From Pristiophorus japonicus (lineage: Eukaryota), in NCBI RefSeq assembly GCF_044704955.1, contig NC_091981.1, forward strand, positions 186,001-250,000: a DNA stretch of 64,000 nt, read 5' to 3'. How positions within the stretch are numbered: position 1 is the stretch's first letter; each line of letters starts with the position of its first letter. This document shows positions 61,258-64,000 of the stretch, in pieces. Position numbers and translations under genes: made by a program. A model generated the notes under the pieces. It did no database searches. It was not told the origin of the DNA and was given only the letters and a program-made list of their open reading frames with translations.

Positions 61258-62851
61258 TGTGGTGTATGTAGGCACCTTTAGTAATGACTCCATGAGGCAG
61301 GGTATGGGACTTAAACTGTGCAGACCTGCAATCTTTTATTAGCAGCTCCTGAGTGCTGACAACAAGCTGTGAGTTCCCTTTTATACTGGGTTACCTGCCG
61401 TGTGCAGGCAACCCCTGGGTCTCCAGCAACAGCACCCTCTAGTGTACCGGTAAGGTGTGTACAGTACAAGGGTACATTCAATGTTTCATGACAGTGTTAC
61501 AGACATCCCACAGTAAACAGGCATGCCTACACAACAATACACCCCTCTGAGCATTTTTCATATCCTTATTGTCATGACCAGGGGAGGTGATCAGTGGTGG
61601 GCTATGGGAGGTTGTGGTGAGGGTTATGTGGTTGCCAGGTGTGACCCCTGTGCTTGAGGCTGGCCTTGTACGTTTCCCCTCCCTCACACACAAACCAAGT
61701 GGGTGTCACTGTTGTGGGATCCCTCGGGGAGGTAGCCACGGCAGCAGTGGGTGGTGTGTATACACTGTGATGTGGGTAGTTGTGGGGTGGTGGGCAGGGC
61801 CACAAGACTGGGTGGGTTCCTTGTCCACCAATGGGGATGAGGGTCAGGTCATCCCAGGGTTTGCCAGGGAAGCTGGAGGGTATTGGCCTCATGCTTCTGG
61901 TGTTGGCCCTGGTGGCCAGGGGCTGTAGGGCTGGTCTGTGCTGGTTGCCATTGGTGGTGCTGGGCTGCCCATTGACCACTGTCCCTGTAGTGGGTCTGCT
62001 CCCACTGCCTGTGTGTGTGTCCTGCAAGGGGCATCACATTCATTCCAAAGGTCCAGGCTACATAGTCAGGTAGCCTGCTGGACCTGGGGGTCTCCCACAG
62101 GAGGATTCCATTGGCATCAGCATGGTCCCTGTAGGACCCAATGTCCTTTGGCAGTGTCCTACTGGTATACATGACACCTTGACTCTGATCACACATAGCC
62201 GAGCCTGCATTATGCATTCTAGCACTTGCATCACTTTTGGGTGTCCTGGTTTCAACAGACATGGTTACATTAGGCATTTCACAATCTCTATCATTATTGT
62301 TAAGCATAATAAACTTGTTCTTAACCTTACTGACACCTGCATTCATCTCATTAGTCACATTCGTTAAACCAGCATCACAATTCATGGTTACATTGCATAC
62401 ATTTTCATACTTGCATCCTTTAATTGCATCTTTAGCTTTAAAGTCCATGTACTCAAATAATTGGAACCTCCCCTTTAAATGTTTTTGGTTACCAGTCTCC
62501 TTTAAGGGAGCTTTCAAATCCGATTGGCCACTCAATGTCACATGATGCTCTTCCATGTTGACTCATGGCATGGAGGAGGCCATTTTGAACACAGGTCTGC
62601 TGCTTGGTGTGCAGCAGCCATTTTCTGGTGCTCTTTTCTTCCACATGCTTGTGGTGCTGCAGCCATTTTGTGATCTTGTTGCAGGCAGGCTGTGGAGCTC
62701 TTTTCTTCCACAGCACCACTTCACCTGATGTGGACCCAGTTCATCCAATTCTTGCCCAGCAGCGTGGGATCGTTGCCGGCTACAATCCACAGGGGGGGGT
62801 TTGTAAAACACGCCGCCCTGGGAGACCTGGATGTCTACACTGCCAACGATT
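61258..62851 (-). mobile_element. Gypsy-derived LTR remnant: protease C-terminus, non-pol region and 3' LTR (61258-61536)
   Basis: LTR termini TGTGGTGTA...TACACAACA with TATAAAA and AATAAA on the minus strand; purine tract near 61541-61549; IVGSVDIQV..LWIVAGNDPTLLGKNW at about 62735-62851. Confidence 0.75.
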
Positions 62852-62861
62852 GTGGATTTTA

Positions 62862-64000
62862 CCACAAGAGATTAATGTGCAAAGTTAAAGGACATGGGAT
62901 TGGGGGTAGTGTGCTGACATGGATTGAGAACTGGTTGTCAGACAGGAAGCAAAGAGTAGGAGTAAATGGGTACTTTTCAGAATGGCAGGCAGTGACTAGT
63001 GGGGTACCGCAAGGTTCTGTGCTGGGGCCCCAGCTGTTTACACTGTACATTAATGATTTAGACGAGGGGATTAAATGTAGTATCTCCAAATTTGCGGATG
63101 ACACTAAGTTGGGTGGCAGTGTGAGCTGCGAGGAGGATGCTATGAGGCTGCAGAGTGACTTGGATAGGTTAGGTGAGTGGGCAAATGCATGGCAGATGAA
63201 GTATAATGTGGATAAATGTGAGGTTATCCACTTTGGTGGTAAAAACAGAGAGACAGACTATTATCTGAATGGTGACAGATTAGGAAAAGGGGAGGTGCAA
63301 TGAGACCTGGGTGTCATGGTACATCAGTCATTGAAGGTTGGCATGCAGGTACAGCAGGCGGTTAAGAAAGCAAATGGCATGTTGGCCTTCGTAGCGAGGG
63401 GATTTGAGTACAGGGGCAGGGAGGTGTTACTACAGTTATACAGGGCCTTGGAGAGGCCACACCTGGAGTATTATGTACAGTTTTGGTCTCCTAACTTGAG
63501 GAAGGACATTCTTGCTATTGAGGGAGTATAGCGAAGGTTCACCAGACTGATTCCCGGGATGGCGGGACTGACCTATCAAGAAAGACTGGATCAACTGGGA
63601 TTGTATTCACTGGAGTTCAGAAGAATGAGAGGGGACCTCATAGAAATGTTTAAAATTCTGATGGGTTCAGACAGGTTAGATGCAGGAAGAATGTTCCCAA
63701 TGTTGGGGAAGTCCAGAACCAGGGGTCACAGTCTAAGGATAAGGGGTAAGCCATTTAGGACCGAGATGAGGAGAAACCTCTTCACCCAGAGAGTGGTGAA
63801 CCTGTGGAATTCTCTACCACAGAAAGTTGTTGAGGCCAATTCACTAAATATATTCAAAAAGGAGTTAGATGAAGTCCTTACTACTAGGGGGATCAAGGGG
63901 TATGGCGAGAAAGCAGGAATGGGGTACTGAAGTTGCATGTTCAGCCATGAACTCATTGAATGGCGGTGCAGGCTAGAAGGGCCGAATGGCCTACTCCTGC
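62862..64000 (+). mobile_element. CR1 LINE 3' portion; runs off the window end
   Basis: HKRLMCKVKGHG...KFADDTK...RPHLEY...; premature stops at 63301 and 63529; near-identical to 10145-11274 in inverted orientation. Confidence 0.96.

Noticed and set aside
10115-64000. Near-identical inverted CR1 pair as ends of a giant composite element
   Set aside because: They have different 5' truncation points, and further copies of this subfamily occur at 17410 and 46594. These are ordinary independent insertions.

Overview
This is a repeat-saturated eukaryotic window with no confidently identifiable intact host gene. It is most likely from a cartilaginous fish (shark), inferred from a SacSINE1/Deu-domain SINE, HER1/HE1-type CR1 tails and a shark-type H2B N-terminus. 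About 40% is two GC-rich minisatellite arrays (1-9710, 24-bp unit; 25688-41575, 20-21-bp unit), and these produce nearly all the long low-complexity ORFs in the track. The rest is nested transposable elements: two full-length Gypsy (Mag-like) LTR retrotransposons with 5-bp TSDs (13501-18474 minus, decayed; 49132-53874 plus, with an open 935-aa RT-RNaseH-integrase frame), two LTR remnants in which protease is followed by an unrecognised region instead of RT, a hAT Charlie/Buster transposon with an 8-bp TSD, Harbinger-like MITEs, many CR1 and RTE LINE fragments, smaller minisatellites and a histone H2B pseudogene. The main observations are: (1) the 16-kb array lies wholly inside a non-coding, RTE-tailed retroelement bounded by a perfect 12-bp TSD; (2) two different protease-retaining, RT-less LTR elements share a post-protease motif; (3) several precise nesting and repair signatures, including a (TTAGGG)2 patch in gag, a perfect 36-bp fold-back, and tandem MITEs in a CR1 tail. 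No database searches were run, so family names come from recognising motifs.
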